From an uncultured bacterium (GTDB lineage Bacteria > Desulfobacterota_D > UBA1144 > Nemesobacterales > UBA2774): 64,000 nt of DNA. The translations under genes were made by a program, and so were the position numbers. This document shows positions 19,886-30,493 of this stretch, piece by piece; within the stretch, counting starts at the first letter, position 1, and every line of letters starts with the position of its first letter. Location: NCBI GenBank assembly GCA_963705505.1, contig CAVPJU010000010.1, forward strand, positions 96,001-160,000, given 5' to 3'. The notes under the pieces were generated by a model. That model ran no database searches. It saw only the letters and a list, made by a program, of their open reading frames with translations, and was not told where the DNA came from.

Positions 19886-20539
19886 GTGTCTGTTAAGGTA
19901 ATCCCTGTGAAGAGTCTCGAAGCCATCAGGAAGAATAAGATATTCGCCGTCATACGTGCGGAGAACACGGAATCCGCGCTCGAGTTCGCCGAGGGGTGCA
20001 TACGCGGCGGACTAAGGCTCATCGAGATCACGTTTTCCTTCCCGGGTGCGGAGGAAGCGATATCGGCGCTCAGCGGAAGGCTGGGCGTGCTCGTCGGGGC
20101 GGGAACTGTGATCGACATGGGAATGGCCGAGAGGGCATTGAAAGCCGGAGCCGCGTTCCTCGTGTCTCCCCATACCGACAAAGACCTCATCGGTTTCGCG
20201 AAAGAAAACGGAGTTGCATCGATACAGGGCGCCTTCACGTCCTCCGAGATAGTGAACGCGTGGAAGCTTGGCGTGGACATGGTGAAGATATTCCCCGTGA
20301 GCTCGGTCGGGGGGCCGTCTTACGTAAGGGCGATAAAGGAGCCTCTCCCTTTCGTCGATATAATGACGACCGGAGGGGTCAGCCTCGATAACTTCATCGA
20401 GTTTATAAATTCCGGCGCCTCGGCAGTCGGAGTTTCGAGCGCGCTCCTCGGGAGCGGAAAGAAGATCGACCCCGACGTGATCGAGGAAAACGCGGAAAAA
20501 TTCGTCAGCAGGCTCCGCGAAATTGAAAAAGGTGAATGA
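19886..20539 (+). CDS. eda: KDPG/KHG aldolase
   Basis: AVIRA, IEITF, VGAGTV, FLVSP, VKIFP, TGGV. Confidence 0.9.
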   Translation: MSVKVIPVKSLEAIRKNKIFAVIRAENTESALEFAEGCIRGGLRLIEITFSFPGAEEAISALSGRLGVLVGAGTVIDMGMAERALKAGAAFLVSPHTDKDLIGFAKENGVASIQGAFTSSEIVNAWKLGVDMVKIFPVSSVGGPSYVRAIKEPLPFVDIMTTGGVSLDNFIEFINSGASAVGVSSALLGSGKKIDPDVIEENAEKFVSRLREIEKGE

Positions 20540-20609
20540 ATTTTCTTTACTGGTAATATAATTAACTGAGACTCTGCAGGAAATATTTCATCGGCTCTTT
20601 AATCGAACA

Positions 20610-22112
20610 ATGAAAATCCTCTTCGTAGCCTCCGAAATGGAGCCATTCGTCAAAATCGGCGGTCTGGCGGATGTAATAGGCACTCTGCCCAAGCGGCTCG
20701 CCGGCCTCGGCTGTGAAGTCAGGGTCGTGATCCCCTATTACAGGAGGATTAGGGCGAAGCTGTCCAGGCTCGGAATAAAACCCAAAACCCTCCCGAAGGG
20801 GATCGATATCTGCATCGACTGGCTCCCGGTGAAGGGCAGGATAAAGGAGATAGAATTCAACGATATCAAGGTTTATTTCCTCTCGAACGATGAGTATTTC
20901 GGAAGGAGATATATCTACTCGACGCCTAAGGGGGATTACGAGGACAACGACCTCAGGTTCGGCTTCCTTTCCCTGGGGGCGCTCGAGATCGCCAAGGCGC
21001 TCGACTTCAAGCCGGATATTATCCACTGCCATGACTGGCAGACGGCGCTCCTCCCCATATGCCTCAGGTGGCGGAAACATCTGAAGGACGACCCTTTCTT
21101 CAAGGACACGAGGGTCGTGTTCACCATACACAATATCTCGTACCAGGGTCAGTACGATAGGAACGTACTCGACAAGTTCGGCCTCCCCGAATTCCTCTTC
21201 ACGTCCCAGGGGATCGAGCTCTACGGCAAGGCTAACCTGCTTAAGGGGGGGATAATCTATTCCGACCTCGTCACTACCGTGAGCCCTACATACGCGGCCG
21301 AGCTTAAGAAGAGGGAATTCGGCTACGGCCTCGACGCCGTGCTCAAATGGATTTCCCGGGACCGGGACAACCTGCTGGGGATATTGAACGGCATAGACTA
21401 CGAGGGATGGGACCCGGAGAAAGACGAGTCCATATTCGAGAACTACGGCGCGGGGAGCATCGATAACAAGTCCGGGAACAAGGTCAGGCTCAAAGAAGAG
21501 CTGGGACTCAAGCCCGACGCGGACAAGCCGCTCTTGGGAGTTGTATCCAAGCTCACGGAGCAGAAGGGGATAGACCTCTTTCTCGAATCCATTCAGCAGA
21601 TACTCGACCTGGGTTATCAGGTCGCTGTGGTCGGGGCCGGGGTCGAGAGGTACGAGCTCCTGCTCGGGAAAGCCATGCAGAGGTGGAAGGGGAACCTGTC
21701 CGTGACCGTAGCCGTGAACAACGACGAGCTCGAGAGGAGGGTATATGCGGGCTCCGACATGTTCCTGATGCCGTCCCGTTTCGAGCCGTGCGGTCTGGGA
21801 CAGATAATAGCGCTCAGGTACGGCGCCATTCCCGTCGTCAGAGGGACGGGAGGGCTCCTCGATACGGTGAGGGACTATACCGAGGACAGGGAGGCCGGGA
21901 ACGGCTTTATCTTCTACGAATTCTCCAAAGTCAGCATGCTCGATGCGCTGCTGCGCGCAATAGCCGTTTACGAGGATAAGGAGCAGTGGCGGGAGCTCAT
22001 ATCGAGGGGTATGAAGGAGGACTTTTCCTGGAAGAGCTCAGGCAAAAAGTACCTCAAGGTATACGGAGAGCTACTTGAAAGGAAGCGCCACCTAACCAAC
22101 CAGAAACACTAA
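20610..22112 (+). CDS. glgA: Glycogen synthase
   Basis: KIGGLADV, IHCHDWQT, FTIHNISYQG, PSRFEPCGLGQ. Confidence 0.95.
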   Translation: MKILFVASEMEPFVKIGGLADVIGTLPKRLAGLGCEVRVVIPYYRRIRAKLSRLGIKPKTLPKGIDICIDWLPVKGRIKEIEFNDIKVYFLSNDEYFGRRYIYSTPKGDYEDNDLRFGFLSLGALEIAKALDFKPDIIHCHDWQTALLPICLRWRKHLKDDPFFKDTRVVFTIHNISYQGQYDRNVLDKFGLPEFLFTSQGIELYGKANLLKGGIIYSDLVTTVSPTYAAELKKREFGYGLDAVLKWISRDRDNLLGILNGIDYEGWDPEKDESIFENYGAGSIDNKSGNKVRLKEELGLKPDADKPLLGVVSKLTEQKGIDLFLESIQQILDLGYQVAVVGAGVERYELLLGKAMQRWKGNLSVTVAVNNDELERRVYAGSDMFLMPSRFEPCGLGQIIALRYGAIPVVRGTGGLLDTVRDYTEDREAGNGFIFYEFSKVSMLDALLRAIAVYEDKEQWRELISRGMKEDFSWKSSGKKYLKVYGELLERKRHLTNQKH

Positions 22113-22246
22113 TGATCGCAGTAACCTAGGACTTGCAACCATCCTTTTCCGTTTGCATCTAAAACATTAGGAACCTAATTTGTACATACAAGAGTGTGTG
22201 AAATGAAACAGTGTGTGTGTAATAGCAAACATTTTTTTACACAGTG

Positions 22247-22272
22247 AAACAATCCGTATGTATGGATTGTTT
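22247..22272. promoter_or_regulatory. Inverted repeat (operator-like) upstream of the 22298 gene
   Basis: AAACAATCC-N8-GGATTGTTT, perfect 9-bp arms, 25 nt before the start. Confidence 0.5.
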
Positions 22273-22297
22273 GATATGGTAGGTTAGTTCATAAGGA

Positions 22298-24010
22298 GTG
22301 AGTACGAAAACAATGAGAAGCAGATTAGCAGTTTTGGTATTGGCATTTGCGTTATTTGCAGGCGGGGAAATAGCGGATATAGGTGATTTTGAAGAGAAAG
22401 CGCATGCGGACAGCGCATTCAGCTTTAACCTCTTTTTCGATTCATTAGCGCCCTACGGCAGCTGGGTGCCCGTAGAGGGTTACGGGTACGGTTGGTATCC
22501 GGCCCAGGTCGGTCCGAACTGGCAGCCGTACATGGACGGTCAGTGGGCGTGGTCCAATCAGGGCTGGACATGGATATCCTATGAGCCCTGGGGATGGGCT
22601 ACCTATCATTACGGCAGGTGGGTATTCGACAGCTATTACGGGTGGACATGGATTCCGGGCGCAACGTGGGCCCCGGCCTGGGTGTCCTGGTATCAGGCGC
22701 CGGGTTATGTCGGATGGTCTCCTCTTCCGCCGGACAATAATTTCTTCCTCGAGATAGGGATAAGTTTCTCCAATTACGGATACGGATACGACAACGGTTA
22801 CTACGGCGGCTATTATGGCGGTTACGACGGAGGATACAACGGGCATCACCACCACCACGATCACGGACATTATTACGACAACGATTATTACGCTCCGGGA
22901 GAGCACTGCGTTTTCGTGCCTCAGGATCAATTCACGGGGAACAACGCGAAGCTCGTTGCACTGCAGGGTCCGGACAGGCTGACCGTTATGAGGAACGTTA
23001 AAAACGTGACCAACATCAAGGTCGATAACAATAAGATTTATAACTTCGGTCCTGATAAAGCGGTGATCGAGCGCGCCGAGAGGGGGAAACTGACCTCCGT
23101 TAATCTCGTTGACAGCGACCTCAGCACGCTTAAGGGCGGCAAGAACCCGAACAGGATGAAAGGTAACGACTATTCCGTTTTCAGGCCGAATATCGAGAAG
23201 AAGGCGGACGATTCTCCTTTTATGAGGTCCGGCTTTGACAACACGGGCATCAAGAACGGATACACCTCTTCAGACTCCGACAAGTTTGGCGGGCAGGGTC
23301 TCGTTCAGGACAGGAGCACGAGGACGGGGAGAAGCAATCCTTACGGCAACAGCACTCCCGACGGGTTCGGCGTTATCAGGAAGGATAATACGAACAGCCT
23401 CAGGAGCAACATGGGTCCCGATACGGGCAAGCGGCGGGAAACAAACGGAGACACGTTCACCCCTGCGATTAACAACCCGAGAGCGAATGAAAATACCGGA
23501 GCCGCTGATACAAGCAGGCAATTCAGGTCGTATACCGGCCCTTCGGTCAACGACCAGCCTGACGAGCCTATACACATCAAGAGCAACCCGGCCGGGAACA
23601 TCAGGCAGAGGAACAATTATGAGGCTCCGACGGCCGTGGAAAGGCAGGCGGTGATCAGGAACCCTTATGATCACAACGCGCCGAATAACAGGACGTTGAG
23701 CCAGCCCTCGAATCAGGCGAACAGGCGGGCTATCAACAGAGCGCCCGTCCAACAGAGAAACAATTACAATCCGAACGTGTACAACATGCAGAGGCCTTCG
23801 AACAACCATCAACCCGCGCAGAATACGGAGAGGAATTACTCGAACACCAGGAGATCGAATAGTTCGAATAATAACCGGAACACGAATACAAGGCCTCAGG
23901 AGTTCACAAGCCCGCCTATGAATAATACGGGCATGCGGAACTTCAACCCGGGAAATACGAGGTCTTATAACAACAACTCGTTTGTTCAGGATTCGGGACG
24001 CGGCAGGTAA
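22298..24010 (+). CDS. Exported DUF6600-like Trp/Gly/Pro-rich protein with long low-complexity tail
   Basis: Signal peptide; YGSW..WQPY..GWTWISYEPWGWATYHYGRW..WAPAWVSW..GWSPLPP; GYY/His repeats; N/R/Q/S-rich C-terminus. Confidence 0.75.
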   Translation: MSTKTMRSRLAVLVLAFALFAGGEIADIGDFEEKAHADSAFSFNLFFDSLAPYGSWVPVEGYGYGWYPAQVGPNWQPYMDGQWAWSNQGWTWISYEPWGWATYHYGRWVFDSYYGWTWIPGATWAPAWVSWYQAPGYVGWSPLPPDNNFFLEIGISFSNYGYGYDNGYYGGYYGGYDGGYNGHHHHHDHGHYYDNDYYAPGEHCVFVPQDQFTGNNAKLVALQGPDRLTVMRNVKNVTNIKVDNNKIYNFGPDKAVIERAERGKLTSVNLVDSDLSTLKGGKNPNRMKGNDYSVFRPNIEKKADDSPFMRSGFDNTGIKNGYTSSDSDKFGGQGLVQDRSTRTGRSNPYGNSTPDGFGVIRKDNTNSLRSNMGPDTGKRRETNGDTFTPAINNPRANENTGAADTSRQFRSYTGPSVNDQPDEPIHIKSNPAGNIRQRNNYEAPTAVERQAVIRNPYDHNAPNNRTLSQPSNQANRRAINRAPVQQRNNYNPNVYNMQRPSNNHQPAQNTERNYSNTRRSNSSNNNRNTNTRPQEFTSPPMNNTGMRNFNPGNTRSYNNNSFVQDSGRGR

Positions 24011-24044
24011 TCACGTCCCGGCCGAAAGTGAATATGATCCGAAT

Positions 24045-24076
24045 GACGGGGCGCTGATGAAAACCGGCGTCCCGTC
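24045..24076 (+). terminator. GC-rich hairpin after the 22298-24010 gene
   Basis: GACGGGGCGCTG-loop-CGGCGTCCCGTC; weak U-tract. Confidence 0.45.
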
Positions 24077-24094
24077 TGATATCATATCCCTCCT

Positions 24095-24479
24095 GTGAGC
24101 ATAGTCCGCGATAACCTCTTTACGATCCATATCACAGGAATAGACGAATTCCTGGCGGCTCGCCTCGTCGAAGGGGAGAAACCCCTCTCTTTCACCGTGT
24201 CCGGAACGGATTCCGAAGGGAATATCACTCTTGCTGAGACTCGATACGCCGGCGGAAGACCATCCCTCCGGAGAAGGGGTCGATTTCGAGCTCTTTACGT
24301 GTGAGTGCCGTGGACTCGATGCGGCGGATATAAAGGATTATCTTGAAAGGCCCGTCTATACGAGCTCCGCTTACGAGTTCTTCGACTTCCTGCTCGGCTA
24401 TCTCTCTTCTTTCGACTGTTTTATCGAATTCACCGGAAACGCGTGGAGGATCAGGGTCTTAAACCCTTTAAGCTCTTAA
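24095..24479 (+). CDS. Hypothetical protein (frameshift ~24229 joins two ORFs)
   Basis: ORFs 24095-24304 and 24231-24479 join with a one-base removal; host-like codon usage. Confidence 0.55.
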
Positions 24480-24596
24480 TAAAAATGTGCAGTTCGTCCA
24501 TACTCTCAATTCCTTTCCCCTGTTAAAGGAGAATGAGTCCGGGCAGGCGAGGGCGAATTTTATTGCAGTAAGGTTTCCGTCAGGTCTCAAGGAAAA

Positions 24597-25675
24597 TCAG
24601 AAGCGGTTGAGTATCTGGTAGTAGGTATCCCTCTGGGCGGGCACGAACCCCGCCGACCTGATCATGTGTACGAGCTCGTCGACCGTGGACCTAAGTCTGT
24701 TCTCGGCGCAGCAGAGCACGTTCTCGTCAAAAAGGGTGCCGCCCAGATCGCTCGCGCCGTAGTACATGGAGAGCGAGCCTATTTTAGCCCCCTGAGTGAA
24801 CCACGAGCCCTGAATGTGGACGAAGTTGTCGAGGTAAATCCTCGAGAGCGCCAGCACCCTCAAATACCTGTCCCCGCCCGTCTCGTTCGGGAGCTTCCGT
24901 TCAAGGAATGTGTTCTTAGGCTTAAACGTCCAGGGGATGAACGCGAGGAAATTCCCCGTCTCGTCCTGGAGCGCCCTTATTCTGTCCAGATGCTCGAGGA
25001 TGTCCTCGTCCTCCTCGAAATGGCCGAACATCATCGTCGCAGTGGTCTTGAAGCCAATCAGGTGCGCCTCACGCGTGACCCTCATCCACTGGTCGGCGTC
25101 TATCTTGAGCGGGCTTATCTTCTTCCTCACACGGTTCGACAAAACCTCGGCCCCTCCTCCGGGAATAGTCCTGAGACCGGCTTCCCAGAACCTTCTCAGC
25201 ACTTCTTCCGTCGTAAGGTCGGAATATTTTGCGATCGCGCTTATCTCGGGAGCCGAGAAGGCGTGTAGATGGAGACCGGGTATCTCTTTCCTCGTTCTCC
25301 TTATTATTTCTATGTAGTAATCGAGCGTGATCTCCGGATTGTGCCCTCCCTGGAGGAGAACGGTCGTGGCCCCGTTGTGGTAGGAGGTCCTCATCATCTC
25401 TATTACTTTGTCGACACTATGTGTGTACGCATCGCTTGCGCTCCTGCGGGGCGCCAGAATGCGCAGAAAAGGCATTCGGTGTCGCAGACGTTCGTGTAAT
25501 TCGGGTTCGTATCGGCGACGAACGTAACTATCCCTTCAGGATGGTGCTTCCTTCTCACTGCATCGGCGAGAGAGCCCATCTGTATGGTGTCCGCGTTCTT
25601 AAGAAGGACCAGCCCCTCGTCCCTGCCTATCCTCTCTCCCGCAAATACCTTTCCGAATATTTCCCTTACTTCCAT
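24597..25675 (-). CDS. mqnC: Dehypoxanthine futalosine cyclase (radical SAM, CofH/MqnC family), frameshift ~25440
   Basis: NYTNVCDTECLFCAF CxxxCxxC in the 5' ORF; LLQGGHNP, IPGGGAEVL, TATMMFGH, FIPWTF in the 3' ORF. Confidence 0.88.
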
Positions 25676-25785
25676 CGCACATTTAGTGAACCTTATACCA
25701 CCTTTTATGTCAATTTAAGTATAGGGGGCTTAAGAAGGGTATATATCTTTCCCTTCTTAAGCACTTGATCCTCTCCTTTCCTGTC

Positions 25786-25950
25786 AATTCCTTCCCCATA
25801 AATAGGGGGAAGGTGAGGATGGGGGTGTATAAGCCCGTTCGCCCTGAGCTTGTCGAAGTGTCGAAAGATGTCATTTCGACCCCAGGGAGAAATCTATCCT
25901 TTATTTTTCTACTCTATAAATACAGATTTCTCGCGTTGCTCGAAATGACA
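25786..25950. repeat. Composite REP-like element
   Basis: AATTCCTTCCCC..GGGGGAAGG..GGATGGGGGTG + CCCGTTCGCCCTGAGCTTGTCGAAG + TGTCATTTCGA...TCGAAATGACA; modules recur at 39077-39150, 42500-42526 and 52532-52574. Confidence 0.8.
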
Positions 25951-26114
25951 GTGTAGGTTAGATGGAGGGTAAGAGAGTAAGGCGGAACTGAGCTCCTCCC
26001 ACTCCGCCGCCAAGGCGGGGGGTATATATCTGTCGGACTGTCGGAAGGTCCGCGAACCTGAAATCTCAAAACTATTGAGACCCTCGGCAAACGTGTGTAG
26101 ATTATTCCCGTAAC

Positions 26115-27545
26115 ATGCCATACCGCAAAGGCGCTTTGATCCTTTCAGCCCTCCTCTTATTTATTCTCGCATCGAATCCAAACGTCAACTCAGGCTCATT
26201 CGACGAAAACCTCCTTTCCATATATTCCCAGGGGCGAAAGGTCGGATATCAATACGATTCCGAAAAGTCTGTAGGGGACATTACCGAGGTAACCGAAAAG
26301 ACAAAGCTCAAGGTCAAGCTCCTCGACAATGTTGAGGACCTCGTGACCGTTGCCCATTACAGGCTCCGCGGCTACCGTCTCCTCTCGTTTGATTTCAGCT
26401 ACACGTCCACGTCGGGGAACGTGACGGCAAGCGGGGAGAGAGAAGGGCAATCTCTCCGAATAAAAATAAATTCCGTATCCGGGAAATCGGAGCTGGTTAT
26501 TCCGGCGGGTGAAGACCTCATTCCGGTCTCGCTGCTCCCCGCATGGCTCACGGCGAAATCGCCCCGGGCGGGACGCGAATACAAAGTCCCTGTGCTCGAC
26601 CCTCTTACTGTCATCGCGGGCTCGGGAGGAGCTATCCCCGAATCCGTTAACAGGATAGCCGCACGGGAGCGGGTCGATATCCCCTCATCGGGCAGCTACG
26701 ACACATGGAGGGTGGAATCCGAAATCTCGGGCGTGCGTATCACGTCCTGGATCACCGACAGCGGCCAGTTGATAAGGCAGTCGACTCCTCCCGGCATGAC
26801 GGCACTGAGGGACAAGGAAGGCAGCGCCCCTGATGAAGGGATTACGGAATACGACGTTACCGCCTCGACCTCCATACCTTCCGATACGGAGATTAAAGAC
26901 GCGAGGAACCTCAAGTACCTCAGGGTGGAGATAAAGGGTATCGAGCCCGGCGACGGGTTTGAGCTCAGCGACGGCTACAGGCAGTCCTCCCGGGGGAGCG
27001 TCGTCGAGATCAGGGCGGGAGACCTCGCTCATCTGAATACGTACAAGATCCCGAATAAAGACCCGGCGCTCGCTCGGTACCTCAAGCCCGATAACCTCAT
27101 TCAGAGCGGGGACCCGGAAATAATTTCCAAGTCGCGGGAGATACTCGGCGGGGAGACCGATTCACTCCAGGCGGCTGAGAAGATAAACAGATGGGTCTAC
27201 GGGTATCTGGAAAAAACCGGCACGGCGAGCATCCCTAACGCAAAGGACGTGCTGAAGGCCGGCTCGGGCGACTGTAACGAGCATTCCGCCCTTTTCGCCG
27301 CGCTTGCGCGCGCTGCGGGAATCCCGACAAAAACAGTGTCGGGTACAATATATCTCGACGGGAGATTCTATTACCATGCCTGGAACGAGGTCTACGTAGG
27401 GGAATGGGTGGCGGTCGACCCCACTTTCGGGCAGATACCCGCGGACGCGACTCATATAAAACTCGTCGAAGGGGATTTGACGAAAAGCTCCCTCATAATG
27501 AATGCAGCGGGTAAAATAAATCTCAAAATTCTGGATGCCTCCTGA
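26115..27545 (+). CDS. Exported transglutaminase-like domain protein
   Basis: Signal peptide; Cys-His-Asp triad GDCNEHS / YYHAWNEV / WVAVDPTF. Confidence 0.88.
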   Translation: MPYRKGALILSALLLFILASNPNVNSGSFDENLLSIYSQGRKVGYQYDSEKSVGDITEVTEKTKLKVKLLDNVEDLVTVAHYRLRGYRLLSFDFSYTSTSGNVTASGEREGQSLRIKINSVSGKSELVIPAGEDLIPVSLLPAWLTAKSPRAGREYKVPVLDPLTVIAGSGGAIPESVNRIAARERVDIPSSGSYDTWRVESEISGVRITSWITDSGQLIRQSTPPGMTALRDKEGSAPDEGITEYDVTASTSIPSDTEIKDARNLKYLRVEIKGIEPGDGFELSDGYRQSSRGSVVEIRAGDLAHLNTYKIPNKDPALARYLKPDNLIQSGDPEIISKSREILGGETDSLQAAEKINRWVYGYLEKTGTASIPNAKDVLKAGSGDCNEHSALFAALARAAGIPTKTVSGTIYLDGRFYYHAWNEVYVGEWVAVDPTFGQIPADATHIKLVEGDLTKSSLIMNAAGKINLKILDAS

Positions 27546-29334
27546 AATGAACGGAAAAAATAAGCTCTTATATATAGCCGTATCCGCATTATTCGCGGCA
27601 CTGCCCTTACTGTCGTGCGCGCAGAAGAACGTCTACAAAACCGACCCCGCGCAGGCCGATCAGCCTATACTCTCGGCTGCGAAGCCTATGAACGACGCTT
27701 ACTATCATTTCATGGTTTCGAGGATGCTCTACCTCGACAACAAGGTACCGGAATCTCTGTCCGAGCTCGAGCTCGCGGAGCAGTACGATCCGTCCTCCGC
27801 GTACCTGAAATACAACCTGGCCCTCATGTACATGTCGGTAGGCAGGATGAACGATGCGCTCGCGAAGCTCGATGAATCGATCAAGACCGATCCCAACTTC
27901 GCTCCTTCCTACACGCTGCTGGGGAAAGTGTACGCCTCGTCCCAGGACCCGAAGGAGAGGGAGAAGTCGGTAGGGTTACTGAATAAGGCAGTGGAGCTCG
28001 ACCCCAATGACGCGGAATCGCTCCTGTTCCTGGGGATCATGGATACGGAGGCGGGCAACTACGACAGCGCGGAGATCAAGTTCAGGAAGATAACGGAGCT
28101 CTACCCCGACAACGAAAGGGGTTATTTCTTCCTCGGGAAGCTCTATTTCCAAAAAGGCGACTATGCTTCAGCGGAGGCGAACTACAAGAAGGCGCTCGAT
28201 ATAAACCCGAGCTTCGGCTCGGCGCTCATCGAGCTCGCGGTGGTCTATGAGCAGGAGGGGAGGATAAAGGAGTCGGAGCAGATATACAAGGACGTCATAG
28301 TGCTCTTCCCCCACAGTCTCGAGTCCTACGTCCGCTACGGCAACTTTCTCTTCAGAGTGAACCGTATCGAGGACGCGAGGGCTCAGTTCGAGAAGGCGGA
28401 GAGCCTCGATGTCGAAAACCCGGATCTCAAGCTCAGACTCGGTCTCCTTTACATCGAAAACGGTGAGTATGACAAGGCGATAGAGGAGTTCAGGGTCATC
28501 CTCATGGGGAACCCCAAGGACGAGAGGGCGAAATATTACCTGGCGCTCGGGTACATCGAGACGGGACGGTACGATACAGCCATCCAGATATTGGATTCCA
28601 TACCGCAATATTCAGAATTTTACGACGAAAGCCTCGTCCAGAAGGCTTATATATTCGAAAAGCAGAATATGCTTCCCGAGTCCCTCGCCCTGATGGAGCA
28701 GGTATACGGGCACGAGCCTAATAATGAAGTAATCGTAAATTACCTCGGGAACGTTTACAGGAAGCTGGGCAGGAACGAGGACGCGATCAACCTTTATAAG
28801 AAATTCCTCGAGTCCAATCCCGGTAACGAGACGATATACTACTCCCTCGGCGTGACGTATTACCTCATAGATCAGGAAGACAAGTCGGTAGAGACGATGA
28901 TGAAGCTGATCGAGATCAACCCGAAGCACGCGGACGCCCTCAACTTCGTCGGCTATTCCTACGCGGAGAGGGGCATTAAACTCGACGAAGCCGAGTCGCT
29001 CATAAAGAAAGCCCTCGCCATTTCCCCCAATAAGGGTTATATACTCGACAGCCTGGGCTGGGTCTATTACAAGAAGGGGAATTACAGCGAAGCGATAAAA
29101 ATGCTCAAGGAAGCGGCAGCACTTCAATCTGACGACCCGGCCATACTCGAGCACATAGGCGACGTTTACAAGGATATGGGGGACAGCGGCAGCGCGCTCG
29201 AATATTACCGTAAAGGCGTTAAAATGCTGAACGGCGCGCCGTCGAATGACCCCGATGAAAAGGAGCTCAGAGACAGGCTCCAGGAAAAGATAAATCAGCT
29301 CTCACAAAATCCTAAGGTCCAAAGCAAGAATTGA
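27535..29334 (+). CDS. Tetratricopeptide-repeat lipoprotein
   Basis: Lipobox LLSC, many TPRs, ALNFVGY..ILDSLGWVYY..ILEHIGD C-terminal motif. Confidence 0.9.
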   Translation: MPPEMNGKNKLLYIAVSALFAALPLLSCAQKNVYKTDPAQADQPILSAAKPMNDAYYHFMVSRMLYLDNKVPESLSELELAEQYDPSSAYLKYNLALMYMSVGRMNDALAKLDESIKTDPNFAPSYTLLGKVYASSQDPKEREKSVGLLNKAVELDPNDAESLLFLGIMDTEAGNYDSAEIKFRKITELYPDNERGYFFLGKLYFQKGDYASAEANYKKALDINPSFGSALIELAVVYEQEGRIKESEQIYKDVIVLFPHSLESYVRYGNFLFRVNRIEDARAQFEKAESLDVENPDLKLRLGLLYIENGEYDKAIEEFRVILMGNPKDERAKYYLALGYIETGRYDTAIQILDSIPQYSEFYDESLVQKAYIFEKQNMLPESLALMEQVYGHEPNNEVIVNYLGNVYRKLGRNEDAINLYKKFLESNPGNETIYYSLGVTYYLIDQEDKSVETMMKLIEINPKHADALNFVGYSYAERGIKLDEAESLIKKALAISPNKGYILDSLGWVYYKKGNYSEAIKMLKEAAALQSDDPAILEHIGDVYKDMGDSGSALEYYRKGVKMLNGAPSNDPDEKELRDRLQEKINQLSQNPKVQSKN

Positions 29335-30134
29335 AAAACGCCTCTAAGAAATTTTACTTTCTCGCCGGAATAATACTGCTCCTGGCCTCATCGTGCGCGC
29401 CCAGAGTCGCCGAGATAGACGTGACCGGAGCGGACGCCGAAAATATAATAAAAAAAATCGAGCTTTTTGAAAGCGGCGTAAGGTCCGTAAAGGGACTCGC
29501 GAGGGTCAGGATAGAGACCGCCGCGGACAAGGTCTCCTATACCCAGGTCACGATAGCCGAAGAGCCAAACCTGATCCGCCTTGAAGCTCTCAACCCCTTC
29601 GGGAGCACGGTGGGGTTCATATCGTCCGACGGACGTCATATTTACATCATGTCCTCGGGCGAAAAGGGGATTTATGACGCCGCAGAGGAATTCGACCTCT
29701 CATACGTCTACCCGGGGCTCGATATAAGGATAACGGCTGAAAGCCTTGTGAATCTGGTCATGGGACGCCTGCCACTCAGGATCTACGAGGCGGCGGAGAA
29801 ACCCGCGATTGCCGCCGACGCGGGCCTGATAAAGCTCACGTGGAAGGGCGCGAAGTCGGGAGAAGAGAACATACTCTGGGTGAACCACGAGAATTACAGG
29901 GTCGAGAAAGCCGACTTTACGCTCGGGAACGGCGAGAGGGCGAGGCTCCTCTACGAATATTTCGGAGGACTTGTTGACGGGCACTATTTCCCCAGGAAAA
30001 TTGACTTTGCTACCGGGGGGCTTTCGATTAATATTGTCTATGAGCCGGACCTGGAGCTTAACGGGGGTGTGGACAGGGCACTCTTCACCCCATCGGCGTC
30101 GATTGAAAAAGCCGGCGCACAAAATTATAATTAG
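29331..30134 (+). CDS. LolB/DUF4292-like outer-membrane lipoprotein
   Basis: Lipobox ASSC, RLEALNPFG motif, position after the TPR gene typical of lolB loci. Confidence 0.6.
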   Translation: MKNASKKFYFLAGIILLLASSCAPRVAEIDVTGADAENIIKKIELFESGVRSVKGLARVRIETAADKVSYTQVTIAEEPNLIRLEALNPFGSTVGFISSDGRHIYIMSSGEKGIYDAAEEFDLSYVYPGLDIRITAESLVNLVMGRLPLRIYEAAEKPAIAADAGLIKLTWKGAKSGEENILWVNHENYRVEKADFTLGNGERARLLYEYFGGLVDGHYFPRKIDFATGGLSINIVYEPDLELNGGVDRALFTPSASIEKAGAQNYN

Positions 30135-30211
30135 TACGGATGACATTACATGCTCATACTCGTCCGCGATCAACAGAATCTAATTTACTAATCATTTGAG
30201 GTTGCCATCCG

Positions 30212-30493
30212 GTGTCGGGAACTGAAGTCGTAAAGGTATTTACGATAAAAAACAAGCTGGGTCTCCATGCACGCGCAGCGGCGGTGTTCGTCAGGCTGTC
30301 GAGCAAACTCACGTGCGAGGTAAAGATCGTAAAGAACGGCTACGAGGTAGACGGCAAGAGCATACTCGGTGTGCTGTCGCTCGCGGCCGCGAAAGGGAGC
30401 GAGATAAAGGTGATAACGAGGGGCGAGGGATCGGAGAGCGCAATGGCCGAGATCGAAGAGCTTATCGAGAGCGGGTTCGGAGAGGGCATATGA
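30212..30493 (+). CDS. ptsH: Phosphocarrier protein HPr
   Basis: GLHARAA (His15) and DGKSILG (Ser46). Confidence 0.95.
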   Translation: MSGTEVVKVFTIKNKLGLHARAAAVFVRLSSKLTCEVKIVKNGYEVDGKSILGVLSLAAAKGSEIKVITRGEGSESAMAEIEELIESGFGEGI

